A stretch of DNA of 64,000 bases from an uncultured Haloferula sp. (GTDB lineage: Bacteria; Verrucomicrobiota; Verrucomicrobiia; Verrucomicrobiales; Akkermansiaceae), in the NCBI GenBank assembly GCA_965652295.1, contig CBFGTS010000001.1:32001-96000 (forward strand), given 5' to 3'. Shown here one piece after another: positions 41,507 to 50,887 of this stretch. Every line of letters starts with the position of its first letter. The first letter of the stretch is position 1. A model generated the notes under the pieces. That model was not told the DNA's origin. It saw only the letters and a program-made list of their open reading frames with translations, and made no database searches. The position numbers were made by a program, and so were the translations under genes.

Positions 41507-43246
41507 ATGCGCTGTTTTCGTTTCATCTACCTTTCCCTTCCGGCCTGTCTCGGGGCCGTGGAGCCCACCTTTGCGCCTTCGCCGGGATGGTCGCTGGATT
41601 CGCCGCCGGAGGTTCCGGCTCCCGCACCGCTGATGAGCAAGGAGCCGGCCGATCCCGCAGGGTTCGACGAAGTGAAGATGGATTTCAGGATCGCATTCGG
41701 TCCCTTCGAGCCGACGTGGGAGTCGATCCGCGGAAACTATCCGGGCACGCCCTCGTGGTTCAATGAAACGAAGTTCGGCGTCTTCGTCCACTGGGGCCCG
41801 CAGGCGTCGGGGGAGAGCGGCGACTGGTATGCGCGCAAGCTCTACCGCGAGGGAGAGGAGGCGTACAAGAACCACCTCCGGAACTTCGGCCATCCCTCGG
41901 AGGTCGGCTACAAGGAGGTGCTGCGGGACTGGACGGCCCCGAAGTGGGACCCGGTGGAACTCACGCGGCTCTTCCACGAGGCCGGCATGCGGTTCATGAT
42001 GGTCGTCGGCGTCCATCACGACAACTTCGACCTATGGGACTCATCGTACCAACCGTGGAACTCGCTCAACATCGGGCCGAAGAAGGACATGATCGGTGGC
42101 TGGGCGCGCGAGGCGCGGAAGCACGGCATGCGTTTCGGAATCACCTTCCACCACGAGTACAGCTGGTGGTGGTGGGCGGATGCTTATCGCGCGGACCAGC
42201 GGGGGCGGAAGGCGGGGGTGCCGTATGATGGCAACCTGACGTTGGCCGATGGGCGGGGAAAGTGGTGGGAAGGCTTCGACCCGCGGCTGCTCTACAACAT
42301 CGACCTCGGCGAGTACACCGATGGAAGAGGCAACCCGGTCACGGAAATCCCGTGGAGCGAGGGGGTTTTCCAGGATCACCAGGCTTACGCGGAGTGGTAC
42401 GCCGAGCGCTGGGCGCTGCGGATCATGGACGCGATCGACCGCTACGATCCCGACATGTTCTACACGGATGGCAACGGGGCCGAGCCGTTCTGCGGCGATC
42501 ACAGCGGGTCCGGGTTCAAGTGCGACGCTGGCCGTCGCGTGGTGGCGCACTACTACAACCGCTCGCTCGCCCGCCATGGCGAGGTGGACACGCTCGCGTT
42601 GATCAAGTTTCAGAAAGACAACCCCGCCGTGGGCATGACCTACGAGGTCAACGTGCCGAAGGACATCCTGCGCGGCCAGCCGTGGATCGGGGAAAACCCG
42701 ATCGGCGATTGGTACTACGCGCCCGGGTACACCTATGAGCCGGAGCTGCTGGTCCGCAGCCTGCTGGAGTATATTTCCCGCGGCGGCAGCTACGCCTGCG
42801 CGATCCCGATCGATCCGGAGGGCGGCATGGACCCCGCATGCGTGAAGATGCTGCGTGAGATGGGCGAATGGATGGAAGTGAACGCTGAAGGGATCTACGG
42901 CTCGACCGCGTGGCGGAAGTGGGGCGAAGGCCGGGTCGTCATGCCGAATGGCAAGCTCGGTCCGAAGCAGGTCGCAACGCCGTACACCAGCGAGGACATC
43001 CGCTTCACCATGAAGGACGGAAAACTCTACGCCTGGCTCATGGCCTGGCCGCGCGACCGGAAGATCGTGATCCGCTCGCTGCCGGAAGGCGCAGGCAAAC
43101 CGACGACAATCAATCTGCTGGGGAGCAAGGACCGACTGGAATGGCGGCAGACGAAGGACGGCCTGGAGGTCGAATTGCCGCGGAGGCAACCTTGCGAATT
43201 CGCGTGGTGTCTGCGGATCGACGGTGTGCCTGCGGCGGGGGAGTGA
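41507..43246 (+). CDS. Alpha-L-fucosidase (GH29)
   Basis: FEPTWESI; WF..KFGVFVHWGP; HHDNFDLWDS; NIGPKKD; W..VNAEGIYGS..W; DIRFT. Confidence 0.93.
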   Translation: MRCFRFIYLSLPACLGAVEPTFAPSPGWSLDSPPEVPAPAPLMSKEPADPAGFDEVKMDFRIAFGPFEPTWESIRGNYPGTPSWFNETKFGVFVHWGPQASGESGDWYARKLYREGEEAYKNHLRNFGHPSEVGYKEVLRDWTAPKWDPVELTRLFHEAGMRFMMVVGVHHDNFDLWDSSYQPWNSLNIGPKKDMIGGWAREARKHGMRFGITFHHEYSWWWWADAYRADQRGRKAGVPYDGNLTLADGRGKWWEGFDPRLLYNIDLGEYTDGRGNPVTEIPWSEGVFQDHQAYAEWYAERWALRIMDAIDRYDPDMFYTDGNGAEPFCGDHSGSGFKCDAGRRVVAHYYNRSLARHGEVDTLALIKFQKDNPAVGMTYEVNVPKDILRGQPWIGENPIGDWYYAPGYTYEPELLVRSLLEYISRGGSYACAIPIDPEGGMDPACVKMLREMGEWMEVNAEGIYGSTAWRKWGEGRVVMPNGKLGPKQVATPYTSEDIRFTMKDGKLYAWLMAWPRDRKIVIRSLPEGAGKPTTINLLGSKDRLEWRQTKDGLEVELPRRQPCEFAWCLRIDGVPAAGE

Positions 43247-43314
43247 CAGAAACCGTGCCGGTACCGTGGGACGGCCGCCTCGACAGAGTGGGGATGCTTC
43301 TGAGACCTTTCCGC

Positions 43315-45858
43315 ATGCTGAATCGGTGCCTTCGTCTTGCACTCGCAGTGGGAATGGCTGGAGGGGCGGCGGTGTGGGCCGACGAAGCGCCGCGTCCCTA
43401 TGCGGTGGATGCGCACACCTTGCATCTCTGGCACCTTGATGAGGATGCGCCTCCCTTCCTTGATGCGGGGCTGGAGGCAAAGCCTCTGCTCGGTTTGTTG
43501 AATGGTGCCGAGGCAGGCCATGCCGCGACCCCGGGGTTCGGCCGCAGCGTTTCCTTTCACCACCTGCTGGGTGAGACACACGATCCCGCCGCGATGCGGG
43601 GTGGCATCCTTCTCGCCGAGCGAGCCTTGGATCGAGGACAGGGGGACGATGTTTCCGCGCCCTTTTCCTGCACCGGACCGGATGGCGCGTTCACTTTCGA
43701 GGCCTTGGTGAAGTTGGATATTCTTCCGCAGGACGCAAGGGGTGTCGCGTTGGGAATCCTGTCGATGGAGGATGACGAGGGCGGGACCCGGGTGTTCAAC
43801 TTCAGGATCGAGAAGTCGGGTTTCCTCGCGTTCATCCCGCTCAACCGGCCGTCGGCGATCGGCGGCTGCCTCGCTCCGCTTCCCACCTCGGGGCCGCATG
43901 CCTTGAACACCTCCGATTGGTTTCACGTCGCCGTGGCCTACAACGGACGCGAGGGCACCGCCGGAAATCTCACGTTTTACTGGACCCGTCTTCAGCCCGG
44001 CCTGCGGAGCGCCCATGCGATCGGTCGGTCCGCCCTTGCCGAGGATCTGCCGAATCTTCTCGGTGACTTCGCCATCGGCAACGAGGCGCGCAGCCTCGGC
44101 CCGGCCAACGCCGAGGCGGAACCTTTCCCCGGTTGCATTGACGAGGTTCGCATCAGCTCCGGGGCGCGGCACCCGAGCGATTTTCTTCTGGTTCCGGCCG
44201 AACATCGCCGGGCGATGGTCACTCCGGCTGAAACCGAGAGGGATCGCCCGGCCCAACCCTTCGGTCTGGAGGTGGCATCGGTGAGCGTCGATGGCACGCC
44301 GGTCACCGATGTGCCCTCGCTCGCGAAGCTGAATCTCTCGCCGGGTCTCCACCGGCTCGACTTCGACTTGAAGCTCTCGCCCGACAGCCTCGTCGGCTAC
44401 TCCGGCATCCGTTGCCAGCTGGCGGGCCTGGATGAGCGTTGGCAGACCAGCACCAACGGCATGGATCTGATCGTCGAATGCCTGGGACGCGAGGACGCGG
44501 TGTTGGGCTCGACGACCTTCTCCGCCGGAGGCGTGAGTCCGAACTGGAACACCTCGTTCGAAGATACGCGTCCCGAGGCGCGGAGCGAAGCGGTGTTCGT
44601 CCCTGCGGGAACCGAACGGTTGAGGGTGCGGCTGTCTTCCGGTGCGCCGGATACCACCGGGCTGCTGATGATCGATGATCTGGATGCCTTGCTGCCGGGG
44701 GAAAGCGGGGAGTGGACGTCGGTTTGGTTCAATTCCCGGTTCTCCGAGGGCGAAAGCCTGAGCTCCTCGGCCGGTCTGCCGAGCGGGTGGCAACGAGGTG
44801 GCTCGGATCCCTCGATCGCCCGCTTGGTCACGGAGACCCGGGACCCGGCGCTCGCCTTGGTGGATGCGGACCGCGACCACCATGCGGAGTGGATCGCCAG
44901 CTCGCCGCTGCCTCCGTTTTCCGGCTCGCGCACGCTGCTGCTGAAATGGAGGGAGGCCTTCAACGTGATCGGCGGGAATCTTCACCGGGCGACCTACACC
45001 AAGGTCCCTCCCGGCGAATACACCTTCCGCGCCGCGGTCTCTTCGAACGAAGATGACAAAGTCGCCTGGCTTGAGCTTCCGGTCCGCATCCGTCCCCCGC
45101 TCATGGAACGGCCGTGGTTCCGCTGGCTGCTGGGAGCCGTGCTGATCACCGCGGCGGGTTGGCTGGTGATCGATAACCTCCGCCGCCACCACCGCCGACG
45201 GCTCCGGCTTCTTGAGCAAAGGCAGATGCTCGCCGAGGATCGCGCCCGGATCGCACGCGACATGCACGACGACCTCGGCACCCGGATCACCCTCATGACC
45301 CTCAGCGCCGCGCTCATCGAACGCGACATGGGGGAAAACCCGGCGCAAATCGGTCACCACCTTGACCATCTGAAGTCGTCCGCCCGCCAGCTGGTCACGG
45401 CCATGGACGACCTCGTCTGGTCGGTCGATCCCACCAACGATTCCCTCAAAAGGCTCGGCAGCTTCATCACCCGCACCGCCGATGAAATGTTCCGCGACGC
45501 CCCCATCCGTTGCCGGCTCGAACTTCCGCCCGTCCTGCCCGACCAGCCGATGCGCTCCGACGTCCGCCACCACCTCGCCCTCTCGGTCAAGGAGGCGCTC
45601 CACAACGTCCTCCGTCACGCCGGGCCGTGCGAGGCCTCCGTGCGGTTGCAGATCGAGCAGGGGTTTCTCACGGTCGAGATCAGCGACACCGGTCGTGGGT
45701 TCGACGAAGCCGAGAGCGACTCCGGCAATGGCCTCGCCAATCTCCGCAAACGCATGCAAGAATGCGGAGGAGCTTGTGAAATCCGCTCCGTGCCCGGCCA
45801 AGGAACGCTCGTCCGCCTGACCCTGCCTCTCACCGAAAGCCTCACCGCCCATGCCTGA
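43315..45858 (+). CDS. Sensor histidine kinase (HisKA_3) with extracellular LamG and split Y_Y_Y domains
   Basis: Signal peptide; TLHLWHLDE..WFHVAV..IDEVRIS (LamG); YTKVPPGEYTFR; TM; RIARDMHDDLG; KEALHNVLRHA; DTGRGF..GNGL; start may be 43294. Confidence 0.9.
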   Translation: MLNRCLRLALAVGMAGGAAVWADEAPRPYAVDAHTLHLWHLDEDAPPFLDAGLEAKPLLGLLNGAEAGHAATPGFGRSVSFHHLLGETHDPAAMRGGILLAERALDRGQGDDVSAPFSCTGPDGAFTFEALVKLDILPQDARGVALGILSMEDDEGGTRVFNFRIEKSGFLAFIPLNRPSAIGGCLAPLPTSGPHALNTSDWFHVAVAYNGREGTAGNLTFYWTRLQPGLRSAHAIGRSALAEDLPNLLGDFAIGNEARSLGPANAEAEPFPGCIDEVRISSGARHPSDFLLVPAEHRRAMVTPAETERDRPAQPFGLEVASVSVDGTPVTDVPSLAKLNLSPGLHRLDFDLKLSPDSLVGYSGIRCQLAGLDERWQTSTNGMDLIVECLGREDAVLGSTTFSAGGVSPNWNTSFEDTRPEARSEAVFVPAGTERLRVRLSSGAPDTTGLLMIDDLDALLPGESGEWTSVWFNSRFSEGESLSSSAGLPSGWQRGGSDPSIARLVTETRDPALALVDADRDHHAEWIASSPLPPFSGSRTLLLKWREAFNVIGGNLHRATYTKVPPGEYTFRAAVSSNEDDKVAWLELPVRIRPPLMERPWFRWLLGAVLITAAGWLVIDNLRRHHRRRLRLLEQRQMLAEDRARIARDMHDDLGTRITLMTLSAALIERDMGENPAQIGHHLDHLKSSARQLVTAMDDLVWSVDPTNDSLKRLGSFITRTADEMFRDAPIRCRLELPPVLPDQPMRSDVRHHLALSVKEALHNVLRHAGPCEASVRLQIEQGFLTVEISDTGRGFDEAESDSGNGLANLRKRMQECGGACEIRSVPGQGTLVRLTLPLTESLTAHA

Positions 45859-46489
45859 AGATCTCCGCACCCTCGCCATCGTCGAGGACGACAAGGACCT
45901 CCGCGAAGCCCTTGCCAAGCTGGTCGCCACGGCACCGAACTGGCAGGTGAAAGCCGCCTTTCCGAACGCCGAACGGGCCCTGCCGGCACTCATCGCGGAG
46001 CCGGTGGACCTGGTGCTCATGGACATCCAGCTCCCCGGTATGAGCGGGATCGAATGCGTCGCCCGGCTGCGTGAGGCGCATCCCTCCGTACGCGTGCTGA
46101 TGCTGACCGTTTACGATCACTCCGAGCGGGTCTTCGAGGCGCTGTCCGCCGGAGCATCAGGGTATCTGTTGAAACGGGACATTCCCTCCCGTCTCATCGG
46201 GTCGCTCAACGAGGCTTTCCAAGGCAGCACCCCGTTTTCCAGCGCGGTCGCCCGGCATATGCTGGAGCACTTCCTGGTCCGCAAGCCCACGCCCTCCGAA
46301 CCGGATTGGAACCTTACCCAGCGCGAGTCGGAGATCCTCAAGCTGTTGGTCCAAGGCGCGCTCTACAAAGAGATCGCCGACCAGCTCGGCATTGGCATCA
46401 CCACCGTCCGTTTTCATCTTCGCAACATCTATGACAAGTTGCACGTCAGCACCCGCACCGAGGCCGTGGTGAAATATCTCGGTCACTGA
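45851..46489 (+). CDS. NarL/LuxR family response regulator
   Basis: AIVEDD; LMDIQLPGMSG; GYLLK; LTQRE.EIL..YKEIA..NIYDKLHV. Confidence 0.96.
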   Translation: MPEDLRTLAIVEDDKDLREALAKLVATAPNWQVKAAFPNAERALPALIAEPVDLVLMDIQLPGMSGIECVARLREAHPSVRVLMLTVYDHSERVFEALSAGASGYLLKRDIPSRLIGSLNEAFQGSTPFSSAVARHMLEHFLVRKPTPSEPDWNLTQRESEILKLLVQGALYKEIADQLGIGITTVRFHLRNIYDKLHVSTRTEAVVKYLGH

Positions 46490-46602
46490 GGTCCCGTCTT
46501 TTGATATAGGAAGCGGCGGCATCCTTGGAAGTGGGAAGGAATCCGATCCATCTTGGCCGGTGACGGGCCGGGAATCTGGTCCGGAAAAACCTGCACCAGA
46601 CC

Positions 46603-49110
46603 ATGATGAAAAACCGCCTGCTCCTGTTCTGCGGAGGCGTGGCCCTATCCCTGCCACTCCAGGCCGCGGATGTGACGCTCACCGCCTCCGACCCGCTCGG
46701 CACCTCTTCTTTCGAAACCGCCGGCCTTTGGTCGAACGCCGCTCCTCCGTCGGCGGGCAACGCTTACTTCACCGGGGAATTCACCCTCCGCACGCCCACC
46801 ACCGCACCCTCCGGTCCGTTTGCAGGAGACTCACTCACCCTCGCACCGTCCACTTTCGATCTATCGAAAGCCTTCATGTTCAAGGGGCCCGGCTACACCG
46901 CCACGGTCAACAATTTCACCATCAATGGCGGCTACCTCCGCCACGCCGAGGGCACGGTCACGACCTTTGTTCTCGATGGAACCCTCACCATCGGCCCGAA
47001 CGGTGCCCGCACCAACCTCCAGGGCCCGGTGGAAATCGCATCGCTCATTTCCGGTTCGGGGACCCTCACGTTGGATGCCGTCGCCAACGCGGCCAACGTC
47101 CTCACCCTTTCCAACGCCGCGAACACCTACACCGGCGACATCGTCAACAACGGCCGCTTCACCTCCACCGGCCGGCTCAACTTCGTGATCGGTGCCAACG
47201 GTGTCACCAACTCCGTTTCCGGCACGGGGCCCGACACCACGATCAACGGCGAATTATTCATCGATGTCACGGGTGCCTCCAGCGACGATGGCGACAGTTG
47301 GTCGCTCGTCCCCGCCACCAACAAGACCATCTTCCTCTCCGATGTCACCGGCCCCGGCGGGGACTGGACGCTCGACGGCAGCACCTGGGTCGATCCTTCG
47401 AACACCTACCAGTTCTCCGAAACCAGCGGCACTCTCACCGTGATCCCCTCGGATGGAGCTTCGGACGACGACCACGACCTCTACACCAAGAACGAGGAAC
47501 TCGTCGCCGGCACCGATCCCGATGACGTCTTCTCCAGCCCCGACTCGGATGCCGATGGCCTCGCTGACGGCTTCGAGGTGTTCTATTTCGGCGACTATCA
47601 AACCGAAGATCTTTTCGTGATCATCGGTCGCCAGAGCGGCGGCGACGATGCTGACAGCGACGGTTACACCAACCTTGAGGAAGCCAACGCCGGACCGACC
47701 GATCCGACCGACGCCCTCTTCACCCCGCTCGACACCGATGGAGACGGGCTCATCGATGGCTGGGAGCTGGCTCACTTCGGGGATCTGGACGAGGCGGCTT
47801 CCGGCGATCCGGACGGCGACTCCGCCACCCATGCCGCCGAGCAGCTCGCGGGCTCCGATCCGAACAACATTGCCTCCACTCCAACCGACACCGATGGCGA
47901 TGGCCTCGCCGACGTCGAAGAGGTGTTCCAACCCTACGCCGCGGACTCGCAGACCCTGCACCTCTGGCACCTCGACGAGCTGGAAGCGACTTCCGTGAAC
48001 CCCGCGATCGATGCCGGCAGCGAGCCCGTTCCGCTGACTTCGCTCGCGGGTGGCGCGACGCTTTGGCAGTCGTCTCTACCGGGCTTCGGTACCGCACTTG
48101 ATCCCTCCGCCAACTTCGGCACTCCCAATGGCGGCATCCTTTCCGCGCTGCCTCTGGCCGCCGATGCCACCGATGATGTCACCATGACATTGGCCGGCCC
48201 CGATGGCGCCTTCACCTTCGAAGGCCTCGTCCGCCTCGACTTCGACCCGGCCGCGCCTCCCGGCACAGCGGAGATGCAGATCCTCAGCGGCGAGAATGAC
48301 GATGACGCCAACCGCATCTTCCAATTCCGGATTCTTCCGGGAACCGGCGGAGGATTGGACATCGAGTTCATCGCCATCAGCCTGAACGGCATCGGCACCG
48401 ACGTTTACTCCTTCCGGACTCCGTTGCCATCCGCCGCCGATCCGGACGCTCCGGTCCAGGGTGCCTGGTTCCATGCCGCCGTGACCTATGATGGCAACGA
48501 GGGTGGGCAGGACAGCCTGAAGATCTACTGGACCCGCATGGAGGAAAGCCGCACCCAGGCCCGCCTCCTGCTCAGCGATGTCCTCGGCGAGGACCTCACC
48601 GCCGGCACGCCGGATTTCGCGATCGGAAACGAAGGCCGTACCAACGGCGGTGCCTCCAACAACATGGTCGGCCTGGTGGATGAGGTGCGCATCAGCTCGG
48701 TGGCCCGCACCGCCACCGGTTTCTACTTCAGTGGCGGGGCCGACTACGATGACTGGGCCGGTGTCCAGGGTGTCACGGGCGGCCCGGAGGACGATGACGA
48801 TGGCGATGGCCTCAGCAATGACTTCGAGCGTCTCTTCGGGCTCGATGCGACCTCCGCGTCGTCGGTCAATCCCATCGTGATTTCTGTCGATCCCACCGCC
48901 GGGACGCTCAGCTACACCCGCCGTTCCATCAGTCTTACCGGTGCCGGCTATGAAATCTGGACGTCCACCGACCTCCAGGACTGGAGCCAGGACACCGGAG
49001 CGGATCAGACCGTCACCGGCACGACCGGAGAGGTGGAAACCGTTCAGATCACCCTGAGCCCCGCGCTGCTCACGACACCCAAGCGTTTCATCCAGATCCG
49101 CGTCAACTGA
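46603..49110 (+). CDS. Secreted surface protein: beta-helix-like N-terminus, DxDxDG Ca-binding repeats, LamG domain, verrucomicrobial C-terminal domain
   Basis: Signal peptide; ISGSGTLT..LTLSNAANTYTG; DSDADGLADGFE and DTDGDGLIDGWE repeats; TLHLWHLDE..VDEVRIS; YDDWA..DDDGDGLSN..KRFIQI. Confidence 0.85.
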   Translation: MMKNRLLLFCGGVALSLPLQAADVTLTASDPLGTSSFETAGLWSNAAPPSAGNAYFTGEFTLRTPTTAPSGPFAGDSLTLAPSTFDLSKAFMFKGPGYTATVNNFTINGGYLRHAEGTVTTFVLDGTLTIGPNGARTNLQGPVEIASLISGSGTLTLDAVANAANVLTLSNAANTYTGDIVNNGRFTSTGRLNFVIGANGVTNSVSGTGPDTTINGELFIDVTGASSDDGDSWSLVPATNKTIFLSDVTGPGGDWTLDGSTWVDPSNTYQFSETSGTLTVIPSDGASDDDHDLYTKNEELVAGTDPDDVFSSPDSDADGLADGFEVFYFGDYQTEDLFVIIGRQSGGDDADSDGYTNLEEANAGPTDPTDALFTPLDTDGDGLIDGWELAHFGDLDEAASGDPDGDSATHAAEQLAGSDPNNIASTPTDTDGDGLADVEEVFQPYAADSQTLHLWHLDELEATSVNPAIDAGSEPVPLTSLAGGATLWQSSLPGFGTALDPSANFGTPNGGILSALPLAADATDDVTMTLAGPDGAFTFEGLVRLDFDPAAPPGTAEMQILSGENDDDANRIFQFRILPGTGGGLDIEFIAISLNGIGTDVYSFRTPLPSAADPDAPVQGAWFHAAVTYDGNEGGQDSLKIYWTRMEESRTQARLLLSDVLGEDLTAGTPDFAIGNEGRTNGGASNNMVGLVDEVRISSVARTATGFYFSGGADYDDWAGVQGVTGGPEDDDDGDGLSNDFERLFGLDATSASSVNPIVISVDPTAGTLSYTRRSISLTGAGYEIWTSTDLQDWSQDTGADQTVTGTTGEVETVQITLSPALLTTPKRFIQIRVN

Positions 49111-49136
49111 CCGGACCGGTTCAACGACAGGTATCA

Positions 49137-49165
49137 AGAGGTGGGGAGGAGCCCTCCCTACCTCT
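49137..49165. terminator. Hairpin between convergent genes, overlapping the atzF stop
   Basis: AGAGGTGGGGAGG-agc-CCTCCCTACCTCT; no clear U tail. Confidence 0.4.
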
Positions 49166-50882
49166 GTGCCAACCAAGCTTTCCAGCCGCCGAAGGAGGTG
49201 ATCTCTTCGGCTCCCTCCGTGGCGCGAGGTTCGGCGATGAATCCCGGAACCTCGCTGCCATCTTCCAGCTGTACTTTGCCGATCCCGAGAGGACCGGGGA
49301 TCTTGGAGACGAAATGGCCGAAGGCTTCGGGCGCGAGCGACCAGACTTCCACCTCAATCGCAGCACCGGAGGCGTCATCGCGCATCAGGGCCGGGCGCGG
49401 TGGGATGCCGTCGGCCGCGGGGATCGCGAACATCCGATAGATGGGTGCGGTGCGGGTTCGTGAAACGAGCCGGGCACCCCGATCGCTGAGCTGCCAGTGC
49501 AGGGGCAGGCCTTCCAGGTGGGCACCGCAGACGACCACGGGAATCCCGCCCTCGGCAGAACGAGTCCAAGTTTCACCGGTGAAACGGGAGGCCATTTCCA
49601 AGAGCGCCGCGTCCGTCCCTGCCGGTGCGGCCAGCGTCACGCCCCACGGCACCAGGCCGTCCCGAGCCCGTCCCGCGGGCACCGCCACCGCGCAGAGGTC
49701 GAGCAGGTTCATGAAATTCGTGTAGCGGCCGAGCGTGGCATTCGTTTGGTACGGATCTTCCAGTAATTGCTCCACCCGGTAGAGGCATGGCGTGGTTGGC
49801 AGAAGCAGCGCATCCACCGTTTCCCACACGGCTTCCGCCATCCGGGCGAAGGCTTTCAGCTGGTCCTGAGCCTTGAAAGTCGCCGCCGCGTTCCAGCCCT
49901 GCGAGGCTTCGAGGATCTTACGCGTCACCGGAAACACCGAGTCCGGCTTGGCGGAGACAAAATCACCCACCGCCGCCCAGCGCTCCGCCACCCACGGACC
50001 TTCGTAGAGCAGCTTGGCGGCCTCGACGAAAGGCGTGAGATCGATCTCCACCAGTTCGAATCCCAGCGCGGCCAGCCTTTCGGTTGCCGCCACGAAGAGC
50101 CCGGGTGTATCGGGATCGTCTGCAAAATCGAGCACCTTGGGCACGCCGATGCGCTTGCCCAGAGCTCCTTCCACCCCGATCCGGCGCGAGTAGGGATCCT
50201 CCGCGTCGAAGGTGCCCGCCACATTCATGACCTCCGCCGCGTCCGCCACGGTGTTGGCGAAGACCGAAACGCAGTCGAGCGAGCGACACGCAGGCACCAC
50301 GCCGCGGGTGCTGAGGAGGCCTTTCGAGGGCTTCCAGCCGATCAACTCCTGGAACGCCGCCGGCACACGGCCCGAGCCCGCGGTATCGGTGCCGAGTGAA
50401 AACACACACAGCCCGGCCGCCACTGAGGACGCACTGCCGGAGCTGGAGCCGCCGGGCAGCCAGCCGGGTGCGACGGCGTTCAGCGCCACGCCATACGGCG
50501 AGCGGGTGCCCACCAGGCCGGTGGCGAACTGGTCGAGGTTGCCCTTGCCGATGGGGATCGCGCCGGCCTCGCGCAAGCGCCGTACCACTCCGGCGTCCGC
50601 TTCTGCGACGTAGGTGTAATCCGCACAGCCCGCGGTCGTCGGCCAGCCGGCGACATCGATGTTGTCCTTCACCACGAACGGCACGCCCCACAAGGGCAGC
50701 GTCCGATCCATGGCCTCGACCTCCGCGGCCATCGCCTTGAGTTGTTCCTGCGACGGCAGGAAAATGAAGGTCGCCGGATTGTCCCACGCCGTGATGCGGC
50801 TGGAAACCTCCTCCAACACATCCACCACCGTAGCGCCATCCGCGAAGCGCGCCCTCACCCAGCTCAACGTCATCCTTTCCAT
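49158..50882 (-). CDS. atzF: Allophanate hydrolase
   Basis: PFVVKDNIDVAG; NLDQFATGLVGTRSPYG; GGSSSGS; LGTDTAGSGRVPA; C-terminal VVCGAHLEGLPL domain. Confidence 0.96.
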   Translation of the reverse strand: MERMTLSWVRARFADGATVVDVLEEVSSRITAWDNPATFIFLPSQEQLKAMAAEVEAMDRTLPLWGVPFVVKDNIDVAGWPTTAGCADYTYVAEADAGVVRRLREAGAIPIGKGNLDQFATGLVGTRSPYGVALNAVAPGWLPGGSSSGSASSVAAGLCVFSLGTDTAGSGRVPAAFQELIGWKPSKGLLSTRGVVPACRSLDCVSVFANTVADAAEVMNVAGTFDAEDPYSRRIGVEGALGKRIGVPKVLDFADDPDTPGLFVAATERLAALGFELVEIDLTPFVEAAKLLYEGPWVAERWAAVGDFVSAKPDSVFPVTRKILEASQGWNAAATFKAQDQLKAFARMAEAVWETVDALLLPTTPCLYRVEQLLEDPYQTNATLGRYTNFMNLLDLCAVAVPAGRARDGLVPWGVTLAAPAGTDAALLEMASRFTGETWTRSAEGGIPVVVCGAHLEGLPLHWQLSDRGARLVSRTRTAPIYRMFAIPAADGIPPRPALMRDDASGAAIEVEVWSLAPEAFGHFVSKIPGPLGIGKVQLEDGSEVPGFIAEPRATEGAEEITSFGGWKAWLAQR

Positions 50883-50887
50883 GGCTT

